From positions 419,119 to 483,118 of the forward strand of contig MCFH01000042.1 of the NCBI GenBank assembly GCA_002104945.1: a stretch of DNA of 64,000 nucleotides, written 5' to 3'. The stretch's first letter is position 1; each line of letters begins with the position of its first letter. Made by a program: the position numbers and the translations under genes. A model generated the notes under the pieces. It worked only from the letters and a program-made list of their open reading frames with translations, had not been told where the DNA came from and did no database searches. This stretch comes from Piromyces finnis finn (taxonomy: Eukaryota; Fungi; Neocallimastigomycota). This document shows, piece by piece, positions 26,265 through 40,567 of the stretch.

Positions 26265-27715
26265 TATCAATATAAAAAGGGAGAATGCAAAATATTAATT
26301 CTTGTTCCTATTCCTATATATGTATTTATTTTATGTATTATAAAAAATGGGTAATATTTTAGTTCACCAATTAATAAGATTTTATGTTTAAATGAAAATG
26401 TAATGGCTTCAGGAGATGATGATGGTATTGTTAAGGTATGAATCCACAATATGCATATATATAAATATAGGATATTAATCCCATGCGGATAAATCTATAA
26501 ATTAATAACATTTTCAATGTATATTAAATATATTTAATTTCTGGGGAAATGTTAAAAAAAGTTATGGGATGTTAGAGAAAATAAATCAATAATGCAATGG
26601 CAAGAAAATGAAGATTACATTTCCGATATGAAATTTGTTCCAGAAAAAAGAAACTTGTTGGTTTCTGGGTAAGTTTATATTTCAAAAAAAAAAAAAAATT
26701 TTTTTCTTTTAACAATAAATTACAATATATTGTAATTTTTATTATACTAAATTAGAAAAAATAAAAAAAAAATAATCGTATCAATTAATCATTTTATTAT
26801 TATTTATTAGTGCCGATGGTTATTTCTCCGTATTTGATATTCGTAAGAAAGATGTCTATGCTAGATCTGATAATTTGGATGATGAATTATTATCTATTAC
26901 TCTTGTTAAGGTAATTAAAAAAAAAAAAAAAAAAAAAGACTCGATGATTTTATTAATAAAAATAATAAATTTATCTATTTATTAATTTACCTATTTTATT
27001 TTATTACTATTATTATTATAATTTTTTTTTTTTAACAATTCATCCATAAAAAAAAAAAAAAAAGAATAAATCCAAGGTAATTGTTGGTACCCAAGAAGGA
27101 ATCTTAAATATCTTTTCCTATGGTGATTGGGGTGATGTTTCTGATCGTTTCCCAGGACATCCAAAATCGATTGATGCCTTATGTACCATTGATGAAAACA
27201 CTATTTGTACTGGTTCGAGTGATGGTTTAATTCGTGTAATTAGTATTTTACCAAATAAATTAGTTGGTGTTATTGGAAGTCATGATGACTATCCAATTGA
27301 ACAATTAAAACTTACACATGATGGTAAATTTATGGGAAGTTGTTCCCACGACAATTCCATTAAATTCTGGGATATTGACTATTTCTTTAATGATGATGGT
27401 GATGATGAAGAAGAAGAAGATAATTATGAATTTGCTGGATTTGCTGGTGGTAGTGATGACGATGATGACGATGATGATGAAGACGGTGAAGAAGAAGATG
27501 ATGATGATGATAATGATGAAGGAAAGAAAGATAAAGGAAAAAGAAAGTTAGAAGATAATGATGATGATGATGATGACAGTGATGATGATGACAGTGATGA
27601 TGATAGTGATGAAGATAAGAAAAAGAAAAAGAAGAAAAAGGCTAAAAAGGCTAAACGTGGTATTGGAGGTACTCATAAAACTAGTGGTAATTCCTTCTTT
27701 GCTGGTTTAGATTAA
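25253..27715 (+). CDS. JIP5: WD40 protein WDR55/JIP5 (ribosome biogenesis)
   Basis: Spliced: FDLAFHP..IVAAGLLTG, SCRSIEFS, MASGDDDGIVK|LWDVR, DNLDDELLS, GTQEGILNIF..GDWGDVSDRFPGHPKSID, GSSDGLIRV, SCSHDNSIKFWD, then an acidic and lysine-rich tail and FFAGLD*. The ATG-only first exon (25253-25255) is inferred. Confidence 0.92.
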
Positions 27716-28510
27716 GTTTTTTTTTTTTTTTTTCTCTCTTTCTCTCTCTATTTTCCCTAGTTTTTTTTTTTTTTTTTTACCTATTTTTTTATTATTGCCA
27801 TTATTATTAATATCATTAATTATCCTTTAATTTATTCTAATTTATTAAAAAAAAAAGAATAACATGTAATGATTATCCATAAAAAATCTATTTTATATCC
27901 ATTTATATATATAATATATGTATAAAATTAATTTCTTCTAACAATAGTTTATAATATAAATTAATAAAATTTTTTAAAAAAAAAAAGTTTTTTTAATGTT
28001 TTTCCTTTTATATATTAACAAACAAACAAACAAAAAAAGGTAATAATGTTTCAACCTTTTTGTAAAATAATTGTTTTTTGTGAAAATGACTATAAATCTT
28101 CAATTTTTTTTGTATAAAAATAAAGTAATAATAACACTTTAAAAAGTTGTTATTTTTTGTTTTATTTATTTTTTTTTTTTTTTAATATTTTATATCTTTA
28201 TTTTTTTTTTTGGCTTATTTTAATAAATAAATAAATAAAAAAAAAAAAAAAATTTAAAGTGAAAAAGAAAAAGAAAAATAATAATAGTTTTCTAGATTAA
28301 GGTGTATGTATATTATTATTGTATTAAAAAATTATTTCTATTAATTTCAAATGGAATTTAACTAGAAAAAATAAAATATAGAGTTATAGTTATGAAAATA
28401 AAAATAAAAAAAAAAAAAAAAATTAGGTCAATAGTATAAATATATATAAGAAAAAATAAAAGATTTTTTTTTTTTTTTTTAATTTATTTCATTTATAATT
28501 TTTTTTTTTT

Positions 28511-30878
28511 TTATTCTTCATCAAAATATTCAATGTCGCCATTAGCTGCTAATTCATCAAGTGCACTTTCATCGAATTCATTATCATCGAAATCATCATC
28601 ATATCCTTCACCATCTATACTTTCTTCTTCATCTTCATCCATAGCAGCAACATTATCTTCAGCTATTATTATTTTATTTTTATTTTTTTTTTTTTTAATT
28701 ATCATCATAATAATATAAAACAAAATAATTATTAATATAGTGGTTGTGTATATTTATACATGATCTAAAAAATTATTATGGGACAACTTTATATTTTTAT
28801 ATACTATGATATATGATATATATCTATTAAAAACAAAATAAATCAATTATTAGGACGTTATGCTTACCTTCTTCATCGTATACAACATCTGCTTCTTGAC
28901 TTACTCTCATTTGGTTACGAGTAACAAACTATACAGTCGGTAGAGAATAAATAAAATTAAATATATATATTTATTTATTTATTTAATTAATACCTATAAG
29001 GTTAAATCTATTTTCATTTTTCTTATTATACCAAAAATAATAATTACCTGTGAATTAATTAAATCAAGACGACCATTTAATTGTGATAATTTACCCATAA
29101 GGCTTGAACGTTCTTGAAGTAATTGATATAATTCACCAAGTTGAGAAGTTAACTCTGGAACCTAGTAATTTTTTTTTTTTTTGGAAAAAAAAAAAAAAAA
29201 TAGTTTATCAGTGAAATATGTTACATTTTTGCATACACATAATTTCATTTAAAATAATATATAATAATATATATTATATATAGAGTTAAATTTATATAAA
29301 TTAAAATATATATATATATCTATTTACTGAAATAAGATAGGACATATGTATCATAATAGTGTATCTAATCCATTCGAAAATGTAAACACCACGTTGTGGT
29401 TTCTTTTGAATTTTTTCCCTTAATAAATTAAGGAATGGTATAACATATTGTGGTGGAAGTCTTTCCAAGGTATTTCTAATGACTTTAACATTAGTAACGG
29501 CTAAACAAGTTTCCAGTAATTGTTTATCATTACTGTGGACGGCTTGTTGAAGCATATTTTGAATAGATTCACCCTTTGGAATAACTAATTTTTTTGATTT
29601 TGATGGTTCATCTTGTTTACTTGATTTTATTTCCATTTCTTTTATTTTTTCTTCTAAAGTTTTTTCATCTTCAACAGATTTTCCTTCTCCTTCTTCTTCT
29701 TCTTCTTCGTCAAGTAAAGACATACTGACCATAGTACTTGCCTTGGATTGAGTTACAGTAGCAGCAGCCTTTTTACTATCTTTTCTAATTTCACTTTGAA
29801 GTAAATTGGTAATAAGAGATCTGGATAATGAAATATCTTCTTTAAATTCACCACTTTCTAAAGTTAAATCAGAAATAATTTCGAATTTTGGTCTTACCAT
29901 AGATCCATAACCAACTAAAATTTGACATTCTCCTGGTTTAGAGGATTCAATGAAAGTAGCAAACATAATATTTAATAATTGTTTTTCTTCTTCTTCATTT
30001 TCCTTTTCATCTTCAAAATTGTAGTAAATCTTTAATTTGGAATCAAATCCTTTTGTTAATATCTTTTGTCTCTTTTTCTTGTCGGTATTTTCTTGAGTGG
30101 AAGACATATTATTCCAGAGATATAATACACCATCTTCACCGATAGCTAAAACATTATTATTTGAATTGACACTAACAGAAATTGGCATGGTATCCATAGT
30201 TAAAGCTGAAACTGTTTTTCCTTTTTCATTGTTATCCGTTTGACCCCAAATAGAAATAAATCTATCTTGATCAGCAACAGTGATAAAAGTATCATCATTT
30301 GAAAGGGCAACTTGACGAATATCAGTAGCATGTCCTGGGAAAGTCTTTAACAATAGTGTTGATAATAATTAAAAGTAATAAATATATTAATAGAGAAATT
30401 TAGAATTTTATGACCATTTATGATGAAAATGAGTACAAAATCATCATCGTCATCATCATCATCATTATAATCCATTAATTAATATTATTCCGTTCAACTT
30501 ATTTTATAAATCCATTGAACTAAATATGCATTGCAAAATAGATAGATAGATAAACAATAGGAAAAATAATATAATTTTTTATTTTTTTTTTTTTTTACCT
30601 TTACTAAAGACTTGGATTCTAAGTCAAATAAACTAATAGATTGACCAGCTACATATAATTTCTTATTATCATTGGAAATATTTAACTTTGAAACAGAATC
30701 AACACCGCTTAACCATTTACTGTTGATAAAGCGAAATATCGATGTAATTAAGAAGAATTATAATTTCAAAAAATAAAATAAAAATTTATAATTAATAATT
30801 TTATAATATATTCAAAAATAAATTTTTAAAAAGAAATAAATAATTCAAATTTAATGTTAATAATAAATTAACGTTAAA

Positions 30879-30911
<33 letters not shown>

Positions 30912-31906
30912 ACTTCATTTCAAGTCCGTTGCTGATATCCCATTCAACAATGTAACCATCAGTACCGATAGAATAACCCTTTTTAGCATTTTCTGAAAAT
31001 ACGAAATCAACGACTTTACTGTTATGACCTCCTTGTAATCTTTTAATAATATCCCCGTGAGTTAATGAATAAATTTCAATGTCACCTAATTCAGTACCTA
31101 ATGCTATATAATGATTAACAGTTGTAGTTGTTGAAACTGATTTTCTCTTCTTTCTTAATGAAATCTATTACCCAATTTTTTTATATATTGTATATATACA
31201 TAGATATTATTATTAATAAATATTTAAATGAACTTGTTAGTAATCTTTGCCAATAAAAAAAATAAAAAAAATTAATTTTAGATTTTTTTTAAAAAAAAAA
31301 AATTAAATTATAAAAATTTTTTTAAATTTCTATTTAAATCAAGCCAATTTGTATAGGTTTGAAAAGAATTTTAAAAACTTTTTTTTAAATAAATTGTTTT
31401 CTAAAATGTATATATAGATATAATATATAGATAGAGAGATAGAAAATTGAATTTCCATATTTAATTCTATTTTCAATTTTGAAAAAAAAAATTTTTTTTT
31501 TTTTTTGAATTTCTAATTGCAAAATCTATATTAATAGATAGTATCTAATAAAAAGGTAAAGTAATGACTAAAATACAATAAGAAAAATAAAATAAAAAAT
31601 ATTTACGTCAGATTCAATTTCAGAGATTTCCAATGATTCGCCCCAAGTTAAACAAGTATAACGACAATCGACTTGTTTTGGAACATATTCACCAATTAAA
31701 GTTGAAGTTTTTACATCCCAAATTTTTAATCTATGTTGATCGATAGCTTGAAGTACAGCAGCTAAATAACTTGGTGGAGTTGAATTTTTATTTGAAACTT
31801 TATCAAAACTTGCTAAAATTGGTGGTGGAACTTCAACAATATTAGTAAGTGCTGAAACTTTACTAGCAAATGAATTATTGGATTTTTTTTTAAACTGTCC
31901 TCCCAT
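28511..31906 (-). CDS. UTP5: SSU processome subunit UTP5/WDR43 (WD40 plus Dip2/Utp12 domain)
   Basis: RLKIWDVKT, YTCLTWG, IALGTELGDIEIYSL, GHNSKV, TFPGHATDIRQV, SIQNMLQQAVHSNDKQLLETCL, TLERLPPQYVIPFL, LNGRLDLINSQ and an acidic C-terminus. Confidence 0.92.
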
Positions 31907-32296
31907 TTTATATATATATATGATATTATGATGTATTATAAAGTTTCTTTTTTTTAATAATAAAAAAAAAAAAGAGGTATAAATAAAATGAATATTATAT
32001 AAAGAAATAAAAAAAAAGAAAAAAGAAAAGCAATAATAAATTAAATTTTTATAAATTATTAAATTTAAAATGGATTTCTTTTTTTGTTAAAAAAAAAAAA
32101 AAATTTTAAAATATTTTTTTTTTAATAATAAAGTTTCCAATATTGAATAATAAAAAATATTTTTTTTTTATTTATTATTTATTTAATAATAATTATTATT
32201 ATTATTTAATATTTAATATTTATTATTCAATTTTTTATAATTATTATTATTTTAAAAAAAAAAAAAAAATATAATATTTTTTATTTTTTAAATTTA

Positions 32297-32308
32297 TTAA
32301 CCAATCAT
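32297..32308 (+). promoter_or_regulatory. CCAAT-box-like 12-mer TTAACCAATCAT upstream of UTP5
   Basis: Identical to the reverse complement of 25147-25158. Confidence 0.4.
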
Positions 32309-33829
32309 ATATCAAGAAATAAAAAGTTTTTTTATTGGAAATGAAAATCAAAAAGGTAAAACTAATGATTTTTTAAAAAAAAAAAAAATCACTGGAGTGT
32401 GTGTTATTATAATGACCTTTATTAAAATGGGTATCAAAAAGGTTAATTCTTGCTGTTCTATGAAGAATGATAAGAATAAAGTAAGGAAAGAAAAAAAAAA
32501 AAAAGATAAAATTACCAACCAAAGAAACATTGATAAATAAAAATATACATTAGCTTTAATAATTAAATTGGAGTCGTCATGTTAATTTTTCTAAATGAAA
32601 ATGGAAAGATATATAAAAAAAAAATATTATTTATAGTATGTTTAAATGTTTAAAATAATAGTGTAAATGTAATGGTATTAAATGTTGAATGTACTGAAAA
32701 TTCATAATATTCGTCACTCATGTGATAAGTTTTTTTTTTTTTTTTTGACACATGTCATTATGATGAAATGTATTAAAGGTCCTTTAGGAGGGGAAATGTT
32801 AGTATAAAGAAAATGTCTTTCAGTTGTGATCTTTTATTTTATTTACATTATTTTTCATTTTACATTTTAATTATTCAAAGTTGTTGTGAATGTAATAAAT
32901 ATAATTTCCTTTTTTTTTTTTTTTTTTGTTAACTAAAAGGAAAATATCATATCGAAAATGGTAATAATTTTGCTAAAGTTTTACCCATTCCAATAGTTCC
33001 CTTTCCCCTTTTTTTAATAATAGGGAGGATGAAAAAATAAAAGTTTATCATTCATATGAAGCAAGCATTAAAATTAATTATTCATTCTTTATTAGTTAAA
33101 AAAAAAAAAAAAAAAAGTGGGTGTGTATTACATTGGTTAATATAATTATAATTTAAAATAGGACATGCCATGCTATACCATACTCTACATTAAAAATTTT
33201 TATAATCCATCTTTAAAGTTTATAGTTTTTTAAATTATTTATAAAGCACATGTTATTTCTAAAGTTTTTTTAAAAAAAATCTTTATGTTGCGATAAGCTT
33301 TATTTTAAAACTAAGAAGGATAAGCATAAAGTATGGTCATATATCGAAAGTCATCCGTCATTATTACTTTATAAAGATGAATAATAAACACTTTAATGAT
33401 TCATGGTTTATATTCTTTTTTTTATTATTATTATCATTGTTGTTGTTGTTTTATTTTATTTTATTATTGACATACATTTACAGTTTCTTTCTTCTAAAAT
33501 ATAAAATATATATGGATATTTGTATGTATATGTCCAGGTGTTGTATAAATATAAATGGGATTTCTTAAAAGTAATATCATAGAACCATTTTTAAAAAAAA
33601 TTTTTTTTTTTCGAGTAAAAAATGTATATTTAAGTAAAATTAATGAAATTCATTATTTTATAAAAAAGAAAAAATTATATATTACAAGATGAAATTATAA
33701 TATAATAATAGTAAAAAGGTTCTAAAGTATTTTTTGATAACTAAATATATAATAAAAAAGAAAAGGAAAAGATGATGGTGAAAAATTCTTTAAATAATTT
33801 TTTTTTCTTTTTTCCAAAAATAGTGTTTA

Positions 33830-34786
33830 TTAAAATTCCAACTTTCTTTGGAAATTGTCAGATGGCTTTAATAAAAATGAATAAATAAATAATTATATAT
33901 GAATAGTAAAAGAAAATATATATATAAAAACTTGTTAGTATACATGAAATATCTCTTTCTTAAAAAAAAAAAGAAAGAAAGAAAAGAAAAACTACATTAT
34001 TACTATAAAACAAATAAAACTTTTTTTTTTTTTTTAAAAAAAAAAAAAGACACTCATTTCTTTACTACTTACTTTTAATACATGTTTCTTTAATACAATA
34101 ATAATCATTATTGAAATTATAAGAGCAGTTGAAATAATTGAAATGACAATGATAGTGCCCTTATCAACTTTTGATTGTTCATCATTGTTGTTATTGTTAT
34201 TATTATCATTAGTATCGGGATTAGTTGAATTGGAAGGATTCGTAGGTAGAGCAGTTGTATTTTTATTTGAATTTAAATCATTTGAGAAACCGGTAGGTGA
34301 TGATGATACCCTTTGACTTGACGTTGTTTTCGTTTCATTAGTATTGGAAGAATTAGAGCTACTGTTATTATCATGGCTATTATTTTGATTTATTTTGGTA
34401 TCATTATTATTAGCATTATTGTTATTGTTGGTATTGATATTATTATTGGTATTTGTATTATCCATTTGGCCAAGAGTATTATTATTGTTATTACTATCTA
34501 GGTTTGTATTATTATTATTCATAGTATTGGTGTTATTATTAATGGAATTATCCATGGTATTACTATCAATAGAGGTATTATCATTGTTGTTGTTGTTGTT
34601 GTCATTGTCATTATTTCGACCGTTAGTATAAGAGATATTAATATTATATCCATTAAATATTGAAGGTGGATTATAATTATGACTTTTTTGGGAAGGGTCT
34701 GATAAATCCTCTCTAGCCACTAAAGATTTTCCATTAATACTAGAAAAGTATAAAATTGAAATTACAAAAAGTGTATATAGCTTCAT
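33830..34786 (-). CDS. Type I membrane protein, tail-less paralog B (signal peptide, Asn/Thr/Ser-rich ectodomain, one TM), 2 exons
   Basis: ORF 34034-34786 has donor ...HVLK|GTAAGT. Acceptor TAAAG at 33866 gives exon CCA TCT GAC AAT TTC CAA AGA AAG TTG GAA TTT TAA = PSDNFQRKLEF*. Confidence 0.8.
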
Positions 34787-36193
34787 TATGTTTTTATTTA
34801 TTTTTTATGATGGTATCAAATACTATAAATATATCTAATTTTTTTTTCTTTCAATAATAACAAAAAAAAATAAAAAAAAATGTCACTTGGTATGCCTTAG
34901 TATAGTATAAATAGATAAAAAGTCTATTTTTTATTATTATTCAATAAATAAATGTTGGTAGTTGGTGGTGGTAGTGGGTAAAAAAAAAAAAAAAAAAAAA
35001 AAAAAGTCTTTTTTTTTTCTTACATCATCATCCAAAAAAAAAAAAAGGTTTTTTTAATTTTTAACCTTCCGCAAATATTTCTAAAAAAGGATTTTCTTTA
35101 TTTAATGAATAATAAGAAAAATGGTTAATTTATTTATTCATTTAATTTTTAATTTATTATTTTGCGGTAACTTTTTTAATTAAAAGTTTAAATAAATTAA
35201 AATTAATTTAATTCAATTAAAAATTTATATTATGGAAAATGGAAAATAGAAAATGGAAAAAAAAAAAATTTTTTTTTTAAATTAAATTTCTTTTTATTAT
35301 TCAATTTTTTTTGTTAAAAAGAGTATCGAGATAAAAAAAAAAAGTTATCATTAACAACATTACTTTATCTAAAATTGTAGGGTTTAAATCTAGTAAAAGA
35401 AAAAAAAAATAAAAAAAAAAAAGATAAAATTTTATATTTTTTTTTATTTTTTTTCTTTTACTAGGATCTATTCTGAAAAAAAAAAAAAAATATTAATAAT
35501 TCTTCATTTAAAGGTTTTAATTTTTCCATGAATTGTTATTAATATATATTGGGGGGAGAGAAGAAAAGGTAAAAGGGAAAAAAGGTACCAATGGTTTATT
35601 TTGATTTTGATTTTTGTTTTTACTTTTATGGTTTTTTTATTTAAAACTTTTCTTTTTTTTTTTTCAAGTGAAATCTTTTTCTTTTTTATAATGATAGGGA
35701 AATAAAAAAAAAATTTAAATAAATAATATATATATTTATATATATATATATTCTATAAATAATCATGATTTGTATTGTATTGATATTAATGTTTTTAATA
35801 GTTCTTTTTCTTTTTGTATTTGTATATGTATTTGTATATGTATATGTGAAAATTATAAATTATAAAGATATGTTTATAATGTATATAAATAATATATAGA
35901 TACAAATATTAAATATAATAAAGTATTATGTATATATGTATATATTTCTTTTTTTCTTTTTTTTTTTTTTTTTTATGTGAAAATAAATACTATGCGAAGT
36001 AAAAAAAAAAAAAAGTTTATTATCGATCAATCAATATATAGTTATACAAATTTTAGGAAATAATAATATTATCAATAAATTAATTCTAAAAAAATTTTTT
36101 GCTACTTTTTTTTTTTTCTTTTTTAAATATATAATTAAAATAAAGGTAGAGGTTATCGATATAAACGATAATATATCATTTTGTAAATTTAGC

Positions 36194-38413
36194 TTAATCA
36201 AAGTAATCAGAAAAAAAGGTTTGTTTTACGAAATTTGGAGTAGTAGGAGAATTTGTATTAACCTTCACACTGTTTAAACTTTCAATTGATGGTGAACGTT
36301 TAGAGTTTAAATAAAGAGGAGGTGGAGTGGAAATGGAGGTTTCTTGAATTTCATTTGATGATATGTGTTGTTGTGATGGTTTAATACTTGTGCTATTATC
36401 CAATTTTTCTGAAAATGATTGTTGCTGCCTACCAATATTACTAATCGTTTGGGATTTCTCAGTTTCCTTTTCTTTAGTTGAAATAAATTGGCAATGATCA
36501 ACATTATTTATAGTTGGTGAATTTGACTGAAGATTATCCGTACCATTCGATTTTGGTAAACCAGTTTGAGGATTATCACTATTGCTTTTATTGGGTAGGG
36601 ATGATTGACCGTTATTCTTATTAACATTGTTTTGTGAAGATGATAATGACGATGGAGAGTCATTTTCACAATGAACATCCGATTTTAGGGGTAATACCGG
36701 ATAATCATCCTTAATATTAGTTGTATTTGGTGTAAATGGTGGACGATTGTCCTTGTCCTTACTTTCTGGTGTAAATGGTGGACGATTCTCGTTATTAGTA
36801 TCCATTAACGGTTGACCTGACGAAGAATTTGTTATGATTGGAACAACAGAAGAACGTTTATCCTTTACTTTTTTATCATCAGATGGAAGAGGAGGTAAAC
36901 TTACATAGGATTGACGTTTCTCATTCTTTATTTGGAATGGAGATGGTCCAGTAAAAGATTGACGATTATCATTCTTTGTTTGGCTAGCATACGATTGACG
37001 TTTATCCGAGGGTGTAAAAGAACTACGATTATCCTTAGTATATGGTTGTTGATATGGTATGGATGGTGGTGGGGGTGGTGGTGGTTGAGATGAATAACTA
37101 TGACGTTTATCCTTGGGTTGTAATGGTGTTTGACTGTTATAGGATTGATGCTTTTCTGAAGGAGTAAAGGAATTACGATTTTCATTAAAGGGGGATTGAT
37201 ATGATATTGGATTAGTATTTACAATAGGTCTTTGAAAACCTTCTGGATAACAAGGATTATTAATTTGACGTTTCATTACAAAACTATTTACAGAGGAAGG
37301 AAGAGAACTTCTTGCACCGCCTGGTTGATCACCATTATAAAATTCTGGACCATCATAAAAGTCTGATATTGGGGCAATACCTTCTAACTTTTGTTTGAAA
37401 TTTTTAGAAGGCTTTGTTTTTATATATATATATATAAAAATAATAAGAATAATAACAATGGTATACAATTATAGTATGAAAAAGGGGAGAAAATTTAGTA
37501 TGCTACACCATTTTTATTTTTATACAATACAATTAAAACCCGAAAATCTAAATATGAAGTTTACCTTGATTATGCTTTTTCTAAAAACATAAATACCTAA
37601 ACCAATGACAAAAATAATACAACCAATGATACTAGCTATGATAACCTTACGTCTTGAAGTATATTCGTCTTTGGCATCTTGGCCAATTTGATTATTACTG
37701 TCTGATGAAGAAGACAAGCCAGATGATGAATTATTAGAACTAGAATCTGATGATAAACTGGAATGATCATCATCAGAAACATTATTATTTGAGGCAGTAT
37801 TAGCTGTATCGGTATGAGTATTATTTTTGTTTTCTTTTTCTTTGGAACTATCATTAGTACTGGTATTAGTTTTGGTGTTGGTATTAGAGTTTGAATTAGT
37901 ATTAGTGTTGTTATTATTGTTTGTATTGGTATTGGTGTTGGTACTAGTATTGGAATTGGTATTAGTGTTGGTATGGGTATTGGAATTGGTATTAGTGTTG
38001 GTACTAGTATTGGAATTGGTATGAGTATTGGTATTGGAATTGGAATTGGAACTGGTATTAGTATTGGTATTGGAATTGGTATTGGTATTGGTATTGGAAT
38101 TGGAATTAGTATTAGTGTTGGTATTAGTGTTGTTGTTGGTATTGGTATTAGTATCTGTATTGTTAGAGTTATTAGTATGAGTATCTATATTAGTGTCTGT
38201 ATGAGTATCTGTATGAGTATCTGTATTAGTGTTAGTATTAATAGTATTATCCACTGAAGGTCTATCATTACCTTCTTTATTTTCAATACTTTCTACAGAA
38301 CTAGTTGTATTTAAACTATGACTAGTAACATCATCATCCCTTGATATTAAAACTTTACCACGAATAATGGATAATAATAATACTATAAATATAACAAAAA
38401 TATAAAATCTCAT
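36194..38413 (-). CDS. Type I membrane protein, paralog A, with ~400 aa Pro/Ser-rich repetitive cytoplasmic tail, 2 exons
   Basis: ORF 37520-38413 (signal peptide, NT-repeat ectodomain, TM) splices ...RKSIIK|GTAAAC to CAAAG|PSKNFKQKLEG..., joining ORF 36194-37468. Confidence 0.85.
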
Positions 38414-40567
38414 TGTGATTTAAAAAATAGCTTATAAATAATGTTGCAGGTGGTTATGGTATAGTAATATTTTTTATTATTGTTGTTGTTGTTGTTGTTG
38501 TTGTTGTTCCTATTTAAAAATTTGTATATTGATGGTACAATAATAACAATGATTGTATGAGTATTTTTTTTTTCCTCCTCTATATATAAAGTATTATGAA
38601 ATAAATATAAAATATAAAAATATATATATCAATGAATGAATGAATAATAATTTTATTAATGTATTGTCATTATTAATATGTTTGTTTTGTTCTTATTTGA
38701 AATTTTATATAATATAAAAATAGGTGAATGCATTACACAAATTATAAAAAATAAAAATTTTATTATTCTACCTACACACAAATAAAATGTTTCAGATAAT
38801 AGAAATAGTTCCACTTTTATTTTTTCTTTTCTTTTAAAACTATTAATTTCTTTTTTTTTTTTTTATTTTATTTTAAAAAAGAAAAGTAAGATAGAAAAAA
38901 AAAAAAAAGTTTTAAATGGCCAAATTTTACCTTTTCGTCAAAAAAAGGTAAATAAAAAAAAAAAAGAAAAAAAAAATGGTAAGCAAAGTTTAATATTAAA
39001 AAAAAATTTTTTTATTTTTTAAAACTCCAATAAAAATTCTTTTTTTATTTTCTTTTTTTTTTTTTAATCTAAAACTTTTTCTTTTATTTTTTTAATTAAA
39101 AAAAAAAAAACTAATTAAATAAATAAAAAGTGACTTTTTTAAAATTTTAATTTCAATAAAAGAAAATAATAATAATAATAAAAAATTGACTTTTTTTTTT
39201 TCTTTGTTTTGTTTTTTTAACGCTCGCTCGCTTTTACCCTAAAAAAGTATCGAAAAATAAAATAAAAAATAGAAATTCATAACAACTTTTTTTTAAACTG
39301 CATATTGTGTGATGTAGTATAGAATGAATTATCAAAAAAAAAAAAAAAAATTATAGTATTGCATATATTAGATTATATTGTAATATAGGCAATGAATATT
39401 AAATTAAAAAAGAATTTTTTTTTATCAAAAATTTTTAATTTTCCTTTTTTAGGTGATAAAATGAAAATGATTTTTTTTACTCAAAAGAAAATTCATTATT
39501 GGGAAAAAAAAAGGCAAATTTTTTGACATAGAAAGAAAAAAAGGAGGAAAGTTTAAAAGAAAAAGGTAAATAAAATAGAATGAAAAAATAATAGAATAAA
39601 ATTTGAATACATTCCTATAATAAGTATTATTAATTATTATAATGAAATATGAATAAGAAAAAAAAAATGAGATTGATCCTCTAACAATTCCTTTTTGAGA
39701 TTTGATCATATGATTTTTTACCATGAAAAGTAAAGAAAAAAAGAAATTCATTCCTTTTCTAATATTTTTATCGTACAAAAATGCAATGTATTGTAACTAC
39801 AATTTAACTACATTGTAATACATGTTGTAATGCCGCTCGTTGGACAAAGTGAAAATAGAAATAAACCATTCCTTCTACCACTACCACCACCACCCACCAC
39901 CACTGTTTTTTTTTTTCAAAAAAATAAAAACAACTAAAAATATAGAATAAAACCAAAGATAGTGACCAACAACATAGGCTATTATTATTTGTTTATTATT
40001 GTTTTGTGTTTGTTTCTTTTGTTTTCATTTATAATAAAATTATTTTTTAAAGAAAATAAAATTATTACTTAAGGAATTTTAAAAAATGGTTGTTTTTTCT
40101 TTTTTAATAAAAAAAACCTTTTTTTTTTTTAATTTTTCACTTTTATTATAGATATTTCTTTAAAAGAAAGTTTGTCTTTCGTTTTGTTTTTTCTTTTAAA
40201 AAATAAGAATTTATTTTTTATTTAAAAAAATACTTTTCTTTGTTTCATGAGAGTAAAAAAAATTAAAAGTGGTGTCAATTTACTATAGAGTTGAAAGAAA
40301 ACAAAAATTTTCTTTTTTCTTAAAAAATAAGTTCTTATTATATATGAATTAATTAAAAAAAAATATATAAAATAAATAATTAATTAAATAAAAGATATAA
40401 AAAATGACACTGGAGAAACAAAAATATTGAACATATTCCTATTTCTTCAATAATTTTTATACTTTTATAAAATTTTTATATTAATTTTAAAAATTCTAAT
40501 GTTTATTGTTTTTTTTTTTTTTTTGATTAAATTATTTTTATTAAAAGTTTATGAGATTTAGTTTCGT

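Noticed and set aside
39221-39240. CGCTCGCTCGCTTTTACC resembling the U5 snRNA loop
   Set aside because: It does not match GCCTTTTAC exactly and lacks the flanking stem and Sm site.
39449-39778. ORF-track entries rich in F/I/K/L/Y (also 32348-32530, 33377-33568, 45602-45784, 49589-49852, 53027-53224, 54896-55135)
   Set aside because: They arise from poly-A/T intergenic or intronic DNA and show no domain-like content.
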